Source: Planctomycetota bacterium
Lineage (GTDB): Bacteria; Planctomycetota; UBA8108; SXIK01
NCBI GenBank assembly: GCA_965223845.1
Contig: CBDCXR010000004.1
Span: 3,424,001-3,488,000, forward strand
Direction: 5' to 3'
Length of the DNA: 64,000 nucleotides
In this document: positions 11,799-23,996 of the stretch, one piece after another
Layout: every line of letters begins with the position of its first letter
Position numbering within the stretch: the first letter of the stretch is position 1
Notes under the pieces: generated by a model
The model's input: only the letters and a program-made list of their open reading frames with translations
Database searches by the model: none
Told to the model about the DNA's origin: nothing
Position numbers and translations under genes: made by a program

Positions 11799-13496
11799 CT
11801 ACTCGTCGCCCCACTTCCTCTGGAGATCGTACTTCGCGATCTTGTTGTAGAGGCTCTGCCGCGGGATCTTCAGGACCTTCGTGACCTTCGATTTGTTCCA
11901 AGAGCACTCGCCGAGCGCGTGTTCGAGGATCAAGCGTTCGCACTCGTCGATGAGGCCGTTGAAGGTATCGCGAGCGGGGATCCGCAGGACGACGTGCGAG
12001 TCGTCGCGATAGATATTCTCGCCCGAGTGCGCGACCGGGCCCTCGAGCTGAAGGAACTCGGCGACTTCCTTGCGCGCGATCACGCGCCGCTTCGAGGTGA
12101 GCACCACTCGCCGCACGAGATTGCGGAGCTCCCTCACGTTCCCGGGCCACGAATACTGCTCGAGCGCCGTCAGCGCGCTCTCGCTGAATTGACGTCGCAC
12201 CCCCTCCTCGCGGCACACCTCGCTCGTGAATTTCCGAATGAGGAGAGGAATGTCCCCCGCTCGCTCGCGGAGCGGCGGCAGCTCGAGTGTGATCACGTTC
12301 AATCGGTAGAAGAGATCGGCGCGAAACGTCCCCTTATCGACGAGTGCCTTGAGATCGCGGTTCGACGCCGAAATCACTCGCACGTCGACCTTGACGCTGT
12401 CCTTGCCGCCGATCGGACGGATCACGCCTTCCTGGAGGACGCGGAGGAGCTTTCGCTGCATCCCCTCCGACATATCACCGATTTCGTCGAGGAAGAGCGT
12501 GCCGCCGTTCGCCACTTCGAAGAGGCCCTGTCGATCCTCGTCGGCACCGGTGAACGCTCCCTTCACGTGGCCGAAGAGCTCGCTCTCGAGGAGCGACTCC
12601 GTTATCGCCCCGCAGTTCTCGCCGACGAAGTTCGCTTCCGAGCGAGCGCCGGCCCGATGGATGGCGCGGGCGAGGAGCTCCTTCCCCGTCCCACTCTCGC
12701 CGATGATGCACAGGCTGAGATCGTTGTCCTTGACCTTGCCGACGACGTCGATGAGCTTCGTCAGCTTCGGATCCCGTCCGACGATTCCGTAGAAGTCGGG
12801 AATGTCGTCTTCCGCGTCGCCTGCGGGCGCTTCCGCACCGTCCTCGTCTGCGACGCTCGCGGTCCCCGGTTCCGACGTCGCGCCCGATTCCGTCCCTGCC
12901 GAAGCGGATGCTCGCGCGCGCCCAAGCTCGCGGAGCGCGTACGAACGTGCGACCAGCAAGAGGCAACGCTCGACGAACTCGCGGAAGAGAAAGAGCTCTT
13001 CGGAACTCACATCGCCGCCGCCGAGTGCGCGGTCGAGGTAGAGGACGCCGGTTTCATTCGACGTCAGCTCGAACGGAAAGCAGAGAACCGTCCGCGGCGT
13101 GCTCTCCCCGTCTCTCGTCGGCTGGAGAAGTGCGTCGCCGATCGTGAGGAGAGACCCCGACGCGAGAGCGCGCGCGACGACGGTGTAAATGACCGCGAAC
13201 TCCGGATTGGGGACGTCCGTCCAGCGCTGGTCGCGAAGTTCCCGGGCCGCGAGAGGCCGGAGCGCGCTGACAGTGCCGTTTGCGTCGACCGACGTAACGA
13301 GGATGAAGCCACGCTCGAATCGAGTGAGCGGGAGGATCGTCTCGATGGCGAACGCCGCGGCTCGCTCGGTGCGGTCACCCGTCCCGAGGAGTTCTCGCGC
13401 GGCGGTCGATAGTCGTTGTCGCTCCACCTCGAGCCGATGGCCCAAATCGGGAGAAACGTCGAGCTTTTCGAGCGCGAGCTCTTTGGTCTCGTCCAT
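11799..13496 (-). CDS. Sigma-54-dependent transcriptional activator (GAF-like + AAA+ + Fis HTH)
   Basis: GESGTGKEL, ESELFGHVKGAFTGA, LFLDEIG, FRADLFYRLNV, WPGNVRELRN, C-terminal HTH (WNKSKVTKVLKIPRQSLYNK); N-terminal GAF-like region (LCFPF...GVLYLD). Confidence 0.95.
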   Translation of the reverse strand: MDETKELALEKLDVSPDLGHRLEVERQRLSTAARELLGTGDRTERAAAFAIETILPLTRFERGFILVTSVDANGTVSALRPLAARELRDQRWTDVPNPEFAVIYTVVARALASGSLLTIGDALLQPTRDGESTPRTVLCFPFELTSNETGVLYLDRALGGGDVSSEELFLFREFVERCLLLVARSYALRELGRARASASAGTESGATSEPGTASVADEDGAEAPAGDAEDDIPDFYGIVGRDPKLTKLIDVVGKVKDNDLSLCIIGESGTGKELLARAIHRAGARSEANFVGENCGAITESLLESELFGHVKGAFTGADEDRQGLFEVANGGTLFLDEIGDMSEGMQRKLLRVLQEGVIRPIGGKDSVKVDVRVISASNRDLKALVDKGTFRADLFYRLNVITLELPPLRERAGDIPLLIRKFTSEVCREEGVRRQFSESALTALEQYSWPGNVRELRNLVRRVVLTSKRRVIARKEVAEFLQLEGPVAHSGENIYRDDSHVVLRIPARDTFNGLIDECERLILEHALGECSWNKSKVTKVLKIPRQSLYNKIAKYDLQRKWGDE

Positions 13497-14044
13497 GACG
13501 TCGAATCGCCGCCTAAGCGTGGGAGAAGAAGCGAGTGGCCGCCGGCGGATCGAATTGCCGGCCACTGCCGCTGTTTCTCCGGGGACGAACCGCGCGCACC
13601 AATACGATCACGCTCAACTCGGGACAGGGAGAGAGCGCGATCGGAGCGGGCACCCAAGAATGACCGGCCGGAGAAAGACTGGGCGTGGACTGACCCACCG
13701 CTCGCACGGCGCCGGGAGGCGCGCCGGGGGGAGCGGATGGAGTCGCCACTCAGACGGTCTATCGACGCAGGGATCGACGCGGGTTGAATGCCTGCGCTCG
13801 AAGCTCGGTTATCAACCCGGCGAGCGACCGAGAACACGTGGGTTCCGGGAATGCGCGTCGGATCGATACGGACTCGTTCGTTCGAACCCGTCCGTGTTCT
13901 TCTTGCCCCTTCGCGCCATCGGCCGAGCGACGACGGACGAGACAGCGCTCATCGAGGCGCTAACGGCGGCGCGGGGATCCGGGACGTCGTGGGAAGAGGG
14001 AGAGAAGAGGAGATTTGTCGGGAAGGGGATCGGGAAGACGAGAA

Positions 14045-14728
14045 TCACGCGTCGAAATGCTTGAGCTCGCGCCAGATGAACTCGACGCGTTGGCCCGGCT
14101 GGAGGCCGACGACCCGGACGAGATAGATTCGACCGTCCTCGACTTTTGCGCGGCGGGCGAAGCGGAGGAGATACGTGTGTCCGGCCTTCAACGCCACTAC
14201 GCGGTTGGATTCGTCCGGGAGGGAGAACACGAGATCGCGGTCGATCGAGTTGAACGGAACGAACCGATCCTGATAGGGAAACTCGCGCGTCACGAATCGA
14301 CGGCGCACCCACCGGAGACCGAAGAAGACCGAAAACTCGTTGTCGGGTTGAACATCGCGTCCGAGATCGAGAATGCGACCGCTCGACTCAAACGTCTCGA
14401 TGAGCGCGAGGCGAGAACCGTCGAAATGGACGTCGCCGACGATCTCGCGCCAGTCTTCGTCGACCTGCTGACTCTTGCCGTATCCGGCGCGCTCGAAATC
14501 GAAGAGCTGCCGGCGGTAGTCGAGCGCGTAGAGCTCGCTCGATCGGACGGTCGGTCTCTCCGCCACCGCCGCCTGGTTCTCGTCGTTCGCCGCCCCGGTC
14601 CAGACGGCGGCCACGACGGATCCGGCGATCAGCCCAGCGGCCACGATGCGCGGGCGTCGCGGCGCCGCCGTCGGAGTCCGAGCGAGAGCGGAGCGGTCCG
14701 TCGCGCCCGGCAGAGTCAGCTCGTTCAT
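14045..14728 (-). CDS. Hypothetical exported protein
   Basis: RBS-like GAGAGA before ATG 14728, hydrophobic signal-like stretch, natural beta-rich composition. No family recognised. Confidence 0.6.
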   Translation of the reverse strand: MNELTLPGATDRSALARTPTAAPRRPRIVAAGLIAGSVVAAVWTGAANDENQAAVAERPTVRSSELYALDYRRQLFDFERAGYGKSQQVDEDWREIVGDVHFDGSRLALIETFESSGRILDLGRDVQPDNEFSVFFGLRWVRRRFVTREFPYQDRFVPFNSIDRDLVFSLPDESNRVVALKAGHTYLLRFARRAKVEDGRIYLVRVVGLQPGQRVEFIWRELKHFDA

Positions 14729-15117
14729 GTCTCGTCTCTCTTCGGTGGGAGGAGCGGGATACAATAGACGGGTCGACCGGCAGGCGGCCTCGAACATATC
14801 CGACGGGCGGGACCGCAGATCATTCGACGCGAATCCGCTCCGGGGCTCGGAGCCCGCGCCGGGATCGGGTTCGGCCGGAGAACGGTCCGCACGAACGGCC
14901 TCGTCGTCGCGAATCGGGGACGATTCTCTCAGAATCGCTTCCGCTTCGCTTCGCGTTACCGCCGCGGAGCCTCGTCTCCGGGCTCGAACCGGCTCTCGCG
15001 CCGTCTCCCACTGCACCCGATCCGGATCTGCCCGCCGGCTTCCCGACCCAGTCACGGCCTCGCGGCCGGCGGAACGCGCCGCGATTCATAGCTCTGTCGC
15101 CCCGGGTACTGCTTCTC

Positions 15118-18084
15118 ATGCCGAAGAACCTGCGCGCTCGCCGAGCGCGTTCCACTCTCTCTCGAGTCCTCGCCGTCTGGCTCGCCGGATGGGTGTTCGC
15201 GGACGGTTCGCGCGGCGAAACTCCTCTCGAGACGCCGGAGTCGCAGCTCGCCGAGCTCGTCGAGGAACTCGGCGCCCCGTCCTGGGAGAGCCGCGAACGG
15301 GCTCAGGAGCGGCTGATCGAGCAGGGCGTCGTCGTCGTGCCGGCGCTCAAACGCGCGCTAGAGTCCGACAATCTCGAGCAGAACTACCGCGCCCGGTACC
15401 TCCTCGACCGAATCGACCCCGAGCTCGCCGTGTTCCAGGTGCTCAAGGTCGATGTGACCGGCCCCGATCCGGAGCTCATCTCCTTCGGCGAAGCCCGCGC
15501 GCACACGGACGAGGAGGCCACCGTCGAACCGGCCGCGGTCGACGGCGCGCCCGGCGAGCGCGTTCCGTTCGTCTACACCGTCAAGGTTCAGCCGGGCGCG
15601 GACGGCAGTCGCCGCGTCACCGCGTCGCGATCGCGATCGGATCGCCCGAGCCCGCTCCGTTTCTCGTTCGAGTTTGTCGGTGCCCAGACGACGCGCCTCC
15701 TCGTTCGCACGGAGGAAACGTATTACCGCACGCTCGGGCTCCACGTCGATCGGGAGCGGCGCCGCTACCTCACGCTCGTACGCATTCACCACGGCCGGAC
15801 CTCCGATCAGACCGGCGGGGCGACGATCGGTGCCCCGACGCTTGAGGATCTTCTCGACTCCGTCCGTGAACAGGCGCTCGCGCGAACCATCGCAGAGCGA
15901 AGCGCCGCGCTCGACATTCTCGCCTCGCTCGCGCGCGGAAGAAACGAGACCGCCTTCGAGTTCGCGCTCCGTCATCCCGACCTCCGGTCCGCGGCGGCCC
16001 TCGGGCTCGACCGCATGGATCTCCTCGCCGAGGCGGCTGCGGCCGCGCCGGAGACGGACGACTCGGATCTCAGCCTCGACGATCGCTCACGGCGCGCGCT
16101 CGTCCGGCTGGTCGAGCTCGGCGACGATGCCGCGTACCGCCGACTCCTCTACCAGCTTCGCCACAGTCCACTCGACGCGATCCACGAAGTCGCCGCGGCA
16201 GTCGCGGACCGCACGCGTCGCGGACTCACGCCCGAGCTCGCCGACGCGACTCTCGAGACGATCTTCAGCGCGGACTTCTTCGCGCGGGCGATCTGGGAGG
16301 ACCGCGAGATCCAGTACCTCCTCGCCGTCGCGCTCAAGGCGAGTGACCGCGACCGCCACGGGCCCGTACTCGAGCGGGGGCTCGAGCTCACGAATCGCCT
16401 CCTCCGCGGTCAGCTTGCCGGCCGCCGCATCCTTCTCGATGAGGGTCTCGACCTCTGGCGCCGGATCGCGCTCGCCCAAAGCGACACGCCACCGCCCCTG
16501 CGGCCCGTTCTTCTCGGCCTCCTCGGCGCCCTCTTCGGCGATATTCCGGACTACCGGCTCAGCAACCGCGTCGAGTCCGAGTTGCGCGCCGGACCGCTGA
16601 GCGAGAGCGAGTTCGAGACCTTCCTCCGCCAGACCGAGCGCGTCGGCGAGCGCCCTTCGTCGTATCCGGCGTTCCTCCGTGTCGTCGGTTCGCTCCGCAT
16701 CGCGGACGGGCAACTCGCTCCACTCCTCGAGCGGCTTCTCGCGCTCGGTCGCCGGGCCGAAGCCGACAGCTCGCTCCTCGCCTCCCACCGAGACGGATAC
16801 TTGAGCCAGATTCGCCGCCGCCTCGCGCTCTTCTCCGGAGTCGGCTCCTCCACGTCGCCGTGGACCGATTGGGAGAAGTGGCTCGCGATTTCCGAGAACG
16901 TCCGCGCCCGCGAGGCGGAGCTCCGGAGTTCGAGCGAAAGCGGTGGTTCCGGGCCGGGCGACCGCTTCGTCTTCTACGAGTTCGTTCTTCAGCTCGAGGC
17001 GAGCGAAGATACGACACGCGGCGTGCGCAAGCCGCCCCGCCCGGCCGTCGTCCTCGACGGACGCCGGCTCGAAGTGAGTGTCGGCGAGCCGTTTTCCTAC
17101 CGAGATCGCTGGGACAACATCGTCGAGCGGCGCCTCACGGAATCCTTGAACATGACGAACGCGCTCCGCCGGTCAACGAGCCCGCCCGCGGCGCGGCGCT
17201 TTCGAATTCCGAGCGCGAACGCGCACGTCGAAGTGGGCGTTCCGGTTCTCCAGCGAGTCAGTGGGCGAAAGGTGTCGGCTGGATGGTACGAAAGCTCGCC
17301 AGCCTATCTCGGCTCTCGTCCGCTCTACGGCGCGGGACTCGAGAGCTATCGCAGCCTGCTCTGTCTCGCGAGCGCGGAAGATCCGCAAACACCGGCAGGA
17401 GGCGACGAGACGCCTCCCGACGACGCGGACGCGCTCTGGAAGTTCTTTCTCGAACGACACGTACTCCGCGCGCCGAGCGAGAACGACGACGAGACGCCGA
17501 GCGCGACGCGACGACGGGCCCAGGGTGCCATCCTTCAGCTTCTCCGGACGATCGCCGTCGATGGTGGTGACCGCTACGTGCGCGAACGCTTTCGGCGCGA
17601 GCCGAGTCCCGCTCTCGCACGCGATCTCCTCGCCCGGGGACTCGACGACGGCGTCGAGCACTACCGAGAAACGATCGACGAGCTCGAACCCATCGCGCGC
17701 CTCCAGGCGGCGCAGTTTCTCATCGAAGCGGGAGAATCGACGGGCGTGACGGCCGTCCTCCAGCTCACTCGCGCCGAGCCGACACCGGTCCGAGGAACTC
17801 TCGTCGCGCGGACGGTCGCGGCGCTCGACCGGTATCTCGAGTCCGCGGAGCCGCTTCCGGGCGAACGGCGAGAGATTCTCGACTACATCGTCAGCCAGCT
17901 CGGACGGAATCGGACGTCGAGCTACGTCCTCCGAGAGATCTTCTCCTCCCTCGAGCGCGAGTCCGGTAAAGACTTCGGCTACTCGAGCGCGCGAACGCTC
18001 AATGATCGAAGTGAACGACAGCGCGCCGTCGAAGCAGCTATCGCCGCGGCGACTTCGTGGTGGAAGGAGCACGCCGGGAACTAG
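15118..18084 (+). CDS. Large secreted alpha-solenoid (HEAT-repeat-like) hypothetical protein
   Basis: Signal peptide; LVEELGAPSWESRERAQERL...VPALKRALESDNLE HEAT-type repeat; Leu/Ala/Arg helical composition over 988 aa. Confidence 0.7.
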   Translation: MPKNLRARRARSTLSRVLAVWLAGWVFADGSRGETPLETPESQLAELVEELGAPSWESRERAQERLIEQGVVVVPALKRALESDNLEQNYRARYLLDRIDPELAVFQVLKVDVTGPDPELISFGEARAHTDEEATVEPAAVDGAPGERVPFVYTVKVQPGADGSRRVTASRSRSDRPSPLRFSFEFVGAQTTRLLVRTEETYYRTLGLHVDRERRRYLTLVRIHHGRTSDQTGGATIGAPTLEDLLDSVREQALARTIAERSAALDILASLARGRNETAFEFALRHPDLRSAAALGLDRMDLLAEAAAAAPETDDSDLSLDDRSRRALVRLVELGDDAAYRRLLYQLRHSPLDAIHEVAAAVADRTRRGLTPELADATLETIFSADFFARAIWEDREIQYLLAVALKASDRDRHGPVLERGLELTNRLLRGQLAGRRILLDEGLDLWRRIALAQSDTPPPLRPVLLGLLGALFGDIPDYRLSNRVESELRAGPLSESEFETFLRQTERVGERPSSYPAFLRVVGSLRIADGQLAPLLERLLALGRRAEADSSLLASHRDGYLSQIRRRLALFSGVGSSTSPWTDWEKWLAISENVRAREAELRSSSESGGSGPGDRFVFYEFVLQLEASEDTTRGVRKPPRPAVVLDGRRLEVSVGEPFSYRDRWDNIVERRLTESLNMTNALRRSTSPPAARRFRIPSANAHVEVGVPVLQRVSGRKVSAGWYESSPAYLGSRPLYGAGLESYRSLLCLASAEDPQTPAGGDETPPDDADALWKFFLERHVLRAPSENDDETPSATRRRAQGAILQLLRTIAVDGGDRYVRERFRREPSPALARDLLARGLDDGVEHYRETIDELEPIARLQAAQFLIEAGESTGVTAVLQLTRAEPTPVRGTLVARTVAALDRYLESAEPLPGERREILDYIVSQLGRNRTSSYVLREIFSSLERESGKDFGYSSARTLNDRSERQRAVEAAIAAATSWWKEHAGN

Positions 18085-18501
18085 GCGGTCGCTCCACCGT
18101 TTCGACGGCTCATCCGCCGGGTCGATCGCACTACGACGGAGCTCGGCGACGGCGTCCCCCGGTGCGCGCGAGGCACTCGATTTTGGACGATGCGCCGCGT
18201 CCGGACACGCGGCCTAAGCATATACGTTCTGTACAGTTGCGCTGCCTCCCGTCGAGCAACTGGCGAGAAACCGACGACGTCCGTCGCGAACGAAAGAGCG
18301 CCGCGGGAATTGTCGATAGCTAAGGGGCCGGACGAGAGTCCCGCTGGAGCCTGTGCTCCACCTTCCCCCTCCTGCGTCTCCTCTCTCGCTGCCGCGGTCC
18401 CCCGCTCGGACGCACGCGAAACAAACGCGTGTCGCCTCCTCGGGGAACCCCTGCATTCACTTCGCAGGTCTCACACCACCACCGACGACGAGCACTACAT
18501 C

Positions 18502-19332
18502 GTGAAAGAGGCCGGACTCGAAACTTACTTCAAAGAAATCAATCGCATTCCACTTCTCACTCCCGAGGAGGAGAAAGCTCTCGCGATCGAGGTCCGCAAG
18601 GGCGACGTCGAAGCGCGCGAAAAGATGGCGAAGTCGAATCTGCGACTGGTCGTCAGCATCGCAAAGAATTACGTCGATCGCGGGCTGTCCCTCCTCGATC
18701 TCATCGAAGAAGGGAACCTCGGCCTCCTCAAAGCGGTCGAGCGCTTCGATCCCGACGCCGAGTGTCGCTTCAGCACCTATGCGACGTGGTGGATCAAGCA
18801 GTCCATCAAGCGTGCGCTCATCGATACGGTGAAGACGGTTCGAATTCCGTCCTACATGGTCGAGCTGATCTCGAAGTGGAAGAACGTCGCCTCGAATCTG
18901 AACGTCAAGCTCGGTCGCCCGCCGATGTTTCACGAGATCGCCCAGGAGCTCGGGATCCCTCCGGAGAACCTCGGGATCATCAAGACGGCGCTCCGAGCGT
19001 CGAGCTCGTCCAGCCAGACGATCAGCCTCGAGAACATGTGGACGCTGAGCGAAATCCTCGAGGACAAGAACGCTCGCCAACCGGTCGACATCCTCTTCGA
19101 CGACGCGGAGATGGAGATGATCGAGGAGCTCCTCGCGACTCTCGACGACCGCGAGACGCGGATCCTCCGGATGCGCTACGGTCTCGACAACGGCGATCCG
19201 ATGACCCTCAAGGAGATCGGCGAACGCGTCAGCCTCTCGCGGGAGCGCGTGCGACAGATCGAGAACGAGGCGCTGAAGAAGCTCTACTTCGTGCTCACGC
19301 ACGAGAAGCAAGGGGCTCTCGAAGAGGTCTGA
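18502..19332 (+). CDS. RNA polymerase sigma-70 factor, RpoD/RpoS-like group 2 (no region 1.1)
   Basis: [64 protein letters not shown]...[12 protein letters not shown] start at 18502. Confidence 0.95.
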   Translation: MKEAGLETYFKEINRIPLLTPEEEKALAIEVRKGDVEAREKMAKSNLRLVVSIAKNYVDRGLSLLDLIEEGNLGLLKAVERFDPDAECRFSTYATWWIKQSIKRALIDTVKTVRIPSYMVELISKWKNVASNLNVKLGRPPMFHEIAQELGIPPENLGIIKTALRASSSSSQTISLENMWTLSEILEDKNARQPVDILFDDAEMEMIEELLATLDDRETRILRMRYGLDNGDPMTLKEIGERVSLSRERVRQIENEALKKLYFVLTHEKQGALEEV

Positions 19333-19431
19333 GCCGGCGGTAGCTGGCCCGGGTCACGGTCGACGGTGACCGTAGGCGGTGCGCTTCCCGGTCCCCACCC
19401 GGGTACGGAAACGAACTCGCGGCGGTGCCGC

Positions 19432-19956
19432 TCAATAAGTCACGAGCGAGTGCACCTGGATTCCCGGTAGCCGGCTCCGTCCGTCGAGGAACGAGAGCTC
19501 GACGAGAAACGAGCACGCGATCACGACCGCACCCGCGGACGCCACGAGCTCCGCGCAGGCGCTGATCGTCCCACCCGTCGCGAGAAGGTCGTCGACGAGG
19601 AGGACGCGCTGTCCGGGCTCGATCGCATCGATGTGCATCTCGACGCTGTCCGAACCGTACTCGAGGTCATAGGTGACGCTGCGCGTCTCGTGCGGCAGCT
19701 TCCCCGGCTTTCGAATCGGGACGAATCCGACCCCCAGTCGATAGGCGAGGGCGGGCCCGAGAATGAACCCGCGGGCTTCCGGTCCGGCGACCGCCTCGAC
19801 GTCCGCGCCCCCCGCGTATCGCGCCGCGATTTGATCGACCACCTCGCGAAAGGCCGGGCCGTCCGCGAGGAGCGGTGTGATGTCCTTGAAGCTGATTCCG
19901 GGCTTCGGAAAGTCGGGAATCTCCCGGATAAATTCGCGCAATCTCTCGCTGTCCAT
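19432..19956 (-). CDS. apt: Adenine phosphoribosyltransferase
   Basis: [46 protein letters not shown]. Confidence 0.97.
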   Translation of the reverse strand: MDSERLREFIREIPDFPKPGISFKDITPLLADGPAFREVVDQIAARYAGGADVEAVAGPEARGFILGPALAYRLGVGFVPIRKPGKLPHETRSVTYDLEYGSDSVEMHIDAIEPGQRVLLVDDLLATGGTISACAELVASAGAVVIACSFLVELSFLDGRSRLPGIQVHSLVTY

Positions 19957-20150
19957 GATGGCCGGGAGCATCGCACACCGCTTCCGGCCGAACAAGCACC
20001 TTCTCGCCGGGCGACCACACGAGTCGTTGGCGCGCCGCTGAACGGCCGGTAAAATGGCGTCCGTACGGGTCTCGCGCGCGCCGCGCTCGGTCTGATCGAG
20101 CGCGCTGGAGTCCGCGATTCGGGCCCCAGGTCTCGGCACACGGGCGTTCC

Positions 20151-21518
20151 ATGTCGCACGCGATTTCGCCGCTTCGCCTCCGCGATCTCGATCTACGCCG
20201 CTCCGCGCCGTCGGTTCCGGCGACTCACGCCGCGAAGCGGTCGGTGGTCGCGTGGTCGAGCGCGCTCGCGGTCGGCGTGATCCTCATGCCGCTCCTGCTC
20301 CCGTCGGCCTTCGCCGACGAAACGACACCGGCCGAGCCTCGTGGCGAGGCCTCCGGCGCGAGCGCCGCCCCGCGCCGCCCGGCCGGGAGCGACATTCGTC
20401 GAATCCGCACGACGCCGGGCGCGCTTCGCGGCGGGTCGATCGTCGATGCGAAGCGCGGCGCCGCTGAGCGACCACCACGAAATCGTCGCGCGCCGACGAT
20501 CGGCGACACGCTCCGCGAGAGTACGGCCTCCCGTCGCGTTCAGATTCACTTCGCGCACAGCGCGTGGAACCTCTCCCCGGACATCGTTCGCGGGATCGAG
20601 ATCGGTGTCGCGATCCCGACCGACGACGCCCACCAAAAGATTCACTCCGTCGAGTTCGATCCGAAACCCGAACGCGTCATCGAAAATCGCTGGCGACAGA
20701 AGACGGCGCTCTTCGTCCTCGACGAGCTGGCCCCGAACGCCAAGGTCGAGATCCGCTCGACGATCCGTGCGACGCTCCGAAGCACCGAGTGGCAGATTAC
20801 CGAGGACGACGTCGGTTCGTTCGAGGAAATCCCCGAATCGATCCAGCGGCAGTACCTCCGCAACGCGACGGCGTACGGGCTCACCGAAGACATCGTCGAG
20901 TCGTCGGCGCGGGCAGTGCGAGTGAGCGAAGGCGGCCCGCTCGAGCAAGTGCGTCGCATTCACGACTTCGTGACCGACCAGCTCGAATACGTCCGCGACG
21001 ATCGCTGGGACTCGGCGGACGCCGTTCTACGACGCGGGACGGGGTCGTGCTCCGAGTACACGTACGTGATGATCGCTCTCTGCCGACTGAACGGTATCCC
21101 GGCGCGCTACGCCGGAGGAACGTGGCTCGGCGAGGACGTGAGCCCGCCGCCGCACGCCGATCGCGTTTTCCACCGCTGGGTGGAAGTGTACCTTCCCCGC
21201 GTCGGCTGGTTTCCGATCGACCCGACCCAGGGCGATCGCAACATCGCCGGCGGTGATTTTTACCGCCACTTCGGACGGATCCCGTGGAGCTACCTCACGC
21301 TCCTTCGCGGCGACGGTGACCGGGCGGACAGCGGCGTCCTCGGGTGGGACTATCGCTCTGGCATGACCTGGAGCTCGCCGCAGAAGTTGACCCGAGGAAG
21401 CGTGTTCATCGATCGCGTCGCGATCTGGCTCGACGACTTCAACGACGCGACGAGGGACGCGAGTTCCCGCGCGACCACCGCGAGACGGACGACGAAGGCG
21501 AAGTCGCGGCGCGGTTGA
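20151..21518 (+). CDS. Exported transglutaminase-like cysteine protease domain protein
   Basis: Intact triad GSCSEY / FHRWVEVY / WFPIDPT; hydrophobic signal ending AFA-D. Start uncertain. Confidence 0.85.
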   Translation: MSHAISPLRLRDLDLRRSAPSVPATHAAKRSVVAWSSALAVGVILMPLLLPSAFADETTPAEPRGEASGASAAPRRPAGSDIRRIRTTPGALRGGSIVDAKRGAAERPPRNRRAPTIGDTLRESTASRRVQIHFAHSAWNLSPDIVRGIEIGVAIPTDDAHQKIHSVEFDPKPERVIENRWRQKTALFVLDELAPNAKVEIRSTIRATLRSTEWQITEDDVGSFEEIPESIQRQYLRNATAYGLTEDIVESSARAVRVSEGGPLEQVRRIHDFVTDQLEYVRDDRWDSADAVLRRGTGSCSEYTYVMIALCRLNGIPARYAGGTWLGEDVSPPPHADRVFHRWVEVYLPRVGWFPIDPTQGDRNIAGGDFYRHFGRIPWSYLTLLRGDGDRADSGVLGWDYRSGMTWSSPQKLTRGSVFIDRVAIWLDDFNDATRDASSRATTARRTTKAKSRRG

Positions 21519-21955
21519 CCGAGCCGTGAAGCGGAGTCGCGGCTGGCTCACGCGCAGCGATTGTAGTTGCCTTCCCCCGGGCCGGAATCTACCATTTCTC
21601 GCCCGACGGTCCACCGAGGGGGTGTTCGACGAAACCCGCTCGCTGGAGCCACCGAGCGCCGCCCGCCCCGGTATCCCGTCCCCCGGTCTCCGGTTGCGCG
21701 GCAGCGACGCTTCCGCGCGGGAACGGATCCCCAAGCGGGGATCTCTGGAGGTCGCACGTTCGCGCGAGATGCGTCACCCGTCTCCGCACGATGCGACGGG
21801 AGGGGAACTCGCGGCGGACCTCCTGCGACGGGGGCGCTTGCGACGGGTGCGGAGCGGAGTTTCCGCTGAGAGACGCGCCGTGCGAATCGACGATTGCTTC
21901 GCCACCGAGGGAGGCGATCGCGAACCATCGAAGCCAGAAGAGCACGAACACGACG

Positions 21956-23956
21956 ATGACGACTACCGCTCCCTCTACCGAAGAACTCGCTGTCCATACG
22001 ATCCGCATGCTCTCGGCCGAAGCCGTCGAGAAGGCGAACTCCGGCCATCCCGGTCTCCCGATGGGGAGCGCCGACATCGCCTACGTTCTCTTCACCCAGT
22101 TTCTTCGGTTCGATCCCGAGCATCCCGCGTGGCAGAACCGCGATCGTTTCGTGCTCTCCGCTGGACACGGCTCGATGCTCCTTTACTCGATGCTCCATCT
22201 CTGCGGCTACGACCTCTCGATCGAGGAGCTCAAGAACTTTCGCCAGCTCGGCTCGGAGACCCCGGGTCATCCGGAGTACGGCGATACCGTCGGAGTAGAA
22301 ACGACGACCGGGCCGCTCGGGCAGGGGCTCGGGAACGCGGTCGGACTGGCACTGGCCGAACGCCTGAGCGCCGCCCGTTACAACACGCCCGGTCACGCGA
22401 TCGTCGACCATCACACCTACGTCCTCGTGAGCGACGGCGATCTCATGGAGGGCATCAGCCACGAAGCGGCATCGCTCGCCGGTCACCTTCGCCTCGGGAA
22501 GCTGATCGCGCTCTACGACGATAACGACATCTGTCTCGACGGTCCGACCGAGCTCACGTTCAGTGAAGACATCGCCGGCCGTTTCGCGTCGTACGGCTGG
22601 CACACCTCGCGTGTCGACGGCCACGATCGCGCTGCGATCGCACAGGCGATCGCGGCCGCCAAGGACGACGCGCGCCCCTCGCTCGTTCTCTGCAAGACGA
22701 CGATCGGGAAGGGCAGCCCGAACAAAGAGGGAAAGAGCGCCTCGCACGGCGCGCCGCTCGGGAAGGACGAGCTCGAGCTGACGAAGGAAAACATCGGCTG
22801 GGCGCACGAGCCGTTCGAAGTCCCCGAAGCGGTGCGACCGCTCTTTCGCGAGCCCGGGAGACGTGGAGCCGAGGCACGAGCGGAGTGGGAGTCGACGTTT
22901 GCCGCGTGGACGCAGGCGAATCCCGAGCTCGCCGAGCGCGCGAAACGCGCAAGTGACCGCCAACTTCCGAGCGGGTGGAAGGATCTCCTGCCGCGGTACG
23001 CGAGCAGCGACAAGGCGATCGCGACGCGCGCGGCATCCGGCGCGGCCATCAACGCCATCGCCGAAGCGATCCCCGAGCTGATCGGCGGCTCCGCGGACCT
23101 CGCTTGCTCGAACAACACCGAAGTCAAAGCCGAAGGCCCGGTGTCGCGGGACGACTTCGGCGCGCGCAATCTGTGGTTCGGCGTTCGCGAGCACGGCATG
23201 GGCGCGATCCTGAACGGAATGAGTCTCTACGGCGGGATTCGTCCCTACGGAGCGACGTTCCTCACGTTCAGCGACTACGTCCGTCCGTCCGTTCGTCTCG
23301 CCGCGCTGATGGGACAGCCGGTGATCTACGTGTTCACGCACGACAGCATCTTTCTCGGCGAGGACGGCCCGACGCACCAGCCCGTCGAGCACACCGCGGC
23401 GCTTCGGGCCATTCCGAATTTGACGGTCATCCGTCCCGCCGATGCGAACGAAACGTCCGCGGCGTGGGCGTCGGCCCTGGAGCGAACGGACGGCCCGACC
23501 GCTCTCGTACTCTCTCGTCAGGGCCTCCCCCACCACGACAACACCGGCCTCGGTCACGGTGCAGAACGCGGCGCTTATGTCGTTCGCCAAGAGTCCGGTC
23601 GCACGCCCGACATCATCTTGATGGCGACCGGGTCGGAGGTCGACACGTGCCTCGGCGCCGCCGAGCTACTCGAAGAGCGCGGTCACTCGGCGCGCGTGGT
23701 CAGCATCCCGAGCTGGGAGATCTTCGACGCGCAGCCGGAAGACTACCGCGCCTCGATTCTCCCGCGGAGCGTGACGAAGCGCATGAGCGTCGAGGCCGGA
23801 GTCACTCTCGGATGGGAACGATTCACGGGGACGGAGGGACTCACCTACGGCCTCAATCGCTTCGGCGCATCCGCTCCGATCAAGGACCTCAAGGAGAAGT
23901 TCGGCTTCACGCCGGAAGCGGTCGCGGACGCGGCGACGGAGTACCTCGCTCGTTAG
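21956..23956 (+). CDS. tkt: Transketolase
   Basis: [63 protein letters not shown]. Confidence 0.98.
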   Translation: MTTTAPSTEELAVHTIRMLSAEAVEKANSGHPGLPMGSADIAYVLFTQFLRFDPEHPAWQNRDRFVLSAGHGSMLLYSMLHLCGYDLSIEELKNFRQLGSETPGHPEYGDTVGVETTTGPLGQGLGNAVGLALAERLSAARYNTPGHAIVDHHTYVLVSDGDLMEGISHEAASLAGHLRLGKLIALYDDNDICLDGPTELTFSEDIAGRFASYGWHTSRVDGHDRAAIAQAIAAAKDDARPSLVLCKTTIGKGSPNKEGKSASHGAPLGKDELELTKENIGWAHEPFEVPEAVRPLFREPGRRGAEARAEWESTFAAWTQANPELAERAKRASDRQLPSGWKDLLPRYASSDKAIATRAASGAAINAIAEAIPELIGGSADLACSNNTEVKAEGPVSRDDFGARNLWFGVREHGMGAILNGMSLYGGIRPYGATFLTFSDYVRPSVRLAALMGQPVIYVFTHDSIFLGEDGPTHQPVEHTAALRAIPNLTVIRPADANETSAAWASALERTDGPTALVLSRQGLPHHDNTGLGHGAERGAYVVRQESGRTPDIILMATGSEVDTCLGAAELLEERGHSARVVSIPSWEIFDAQPEDYRASILPRSVTKRMSVEAGVTLGWERFTGTEGLTYGLNRFGASAPIKDLKEKFGFTPEAVADAATEYLAR

Positions 23957-23996
23957 TGTGGCGCTCGGGCTTTCCGGTCCGCTGAGGGAGTTTTTC

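Noticed and set aside
13761-13783. Short tandem ATCGACGCAGGG/ATCGACGCGGG upstream of the sigma-54 activator
   Set aside because: Two short copies made of words very common in this sequence; cannot be told from chance.
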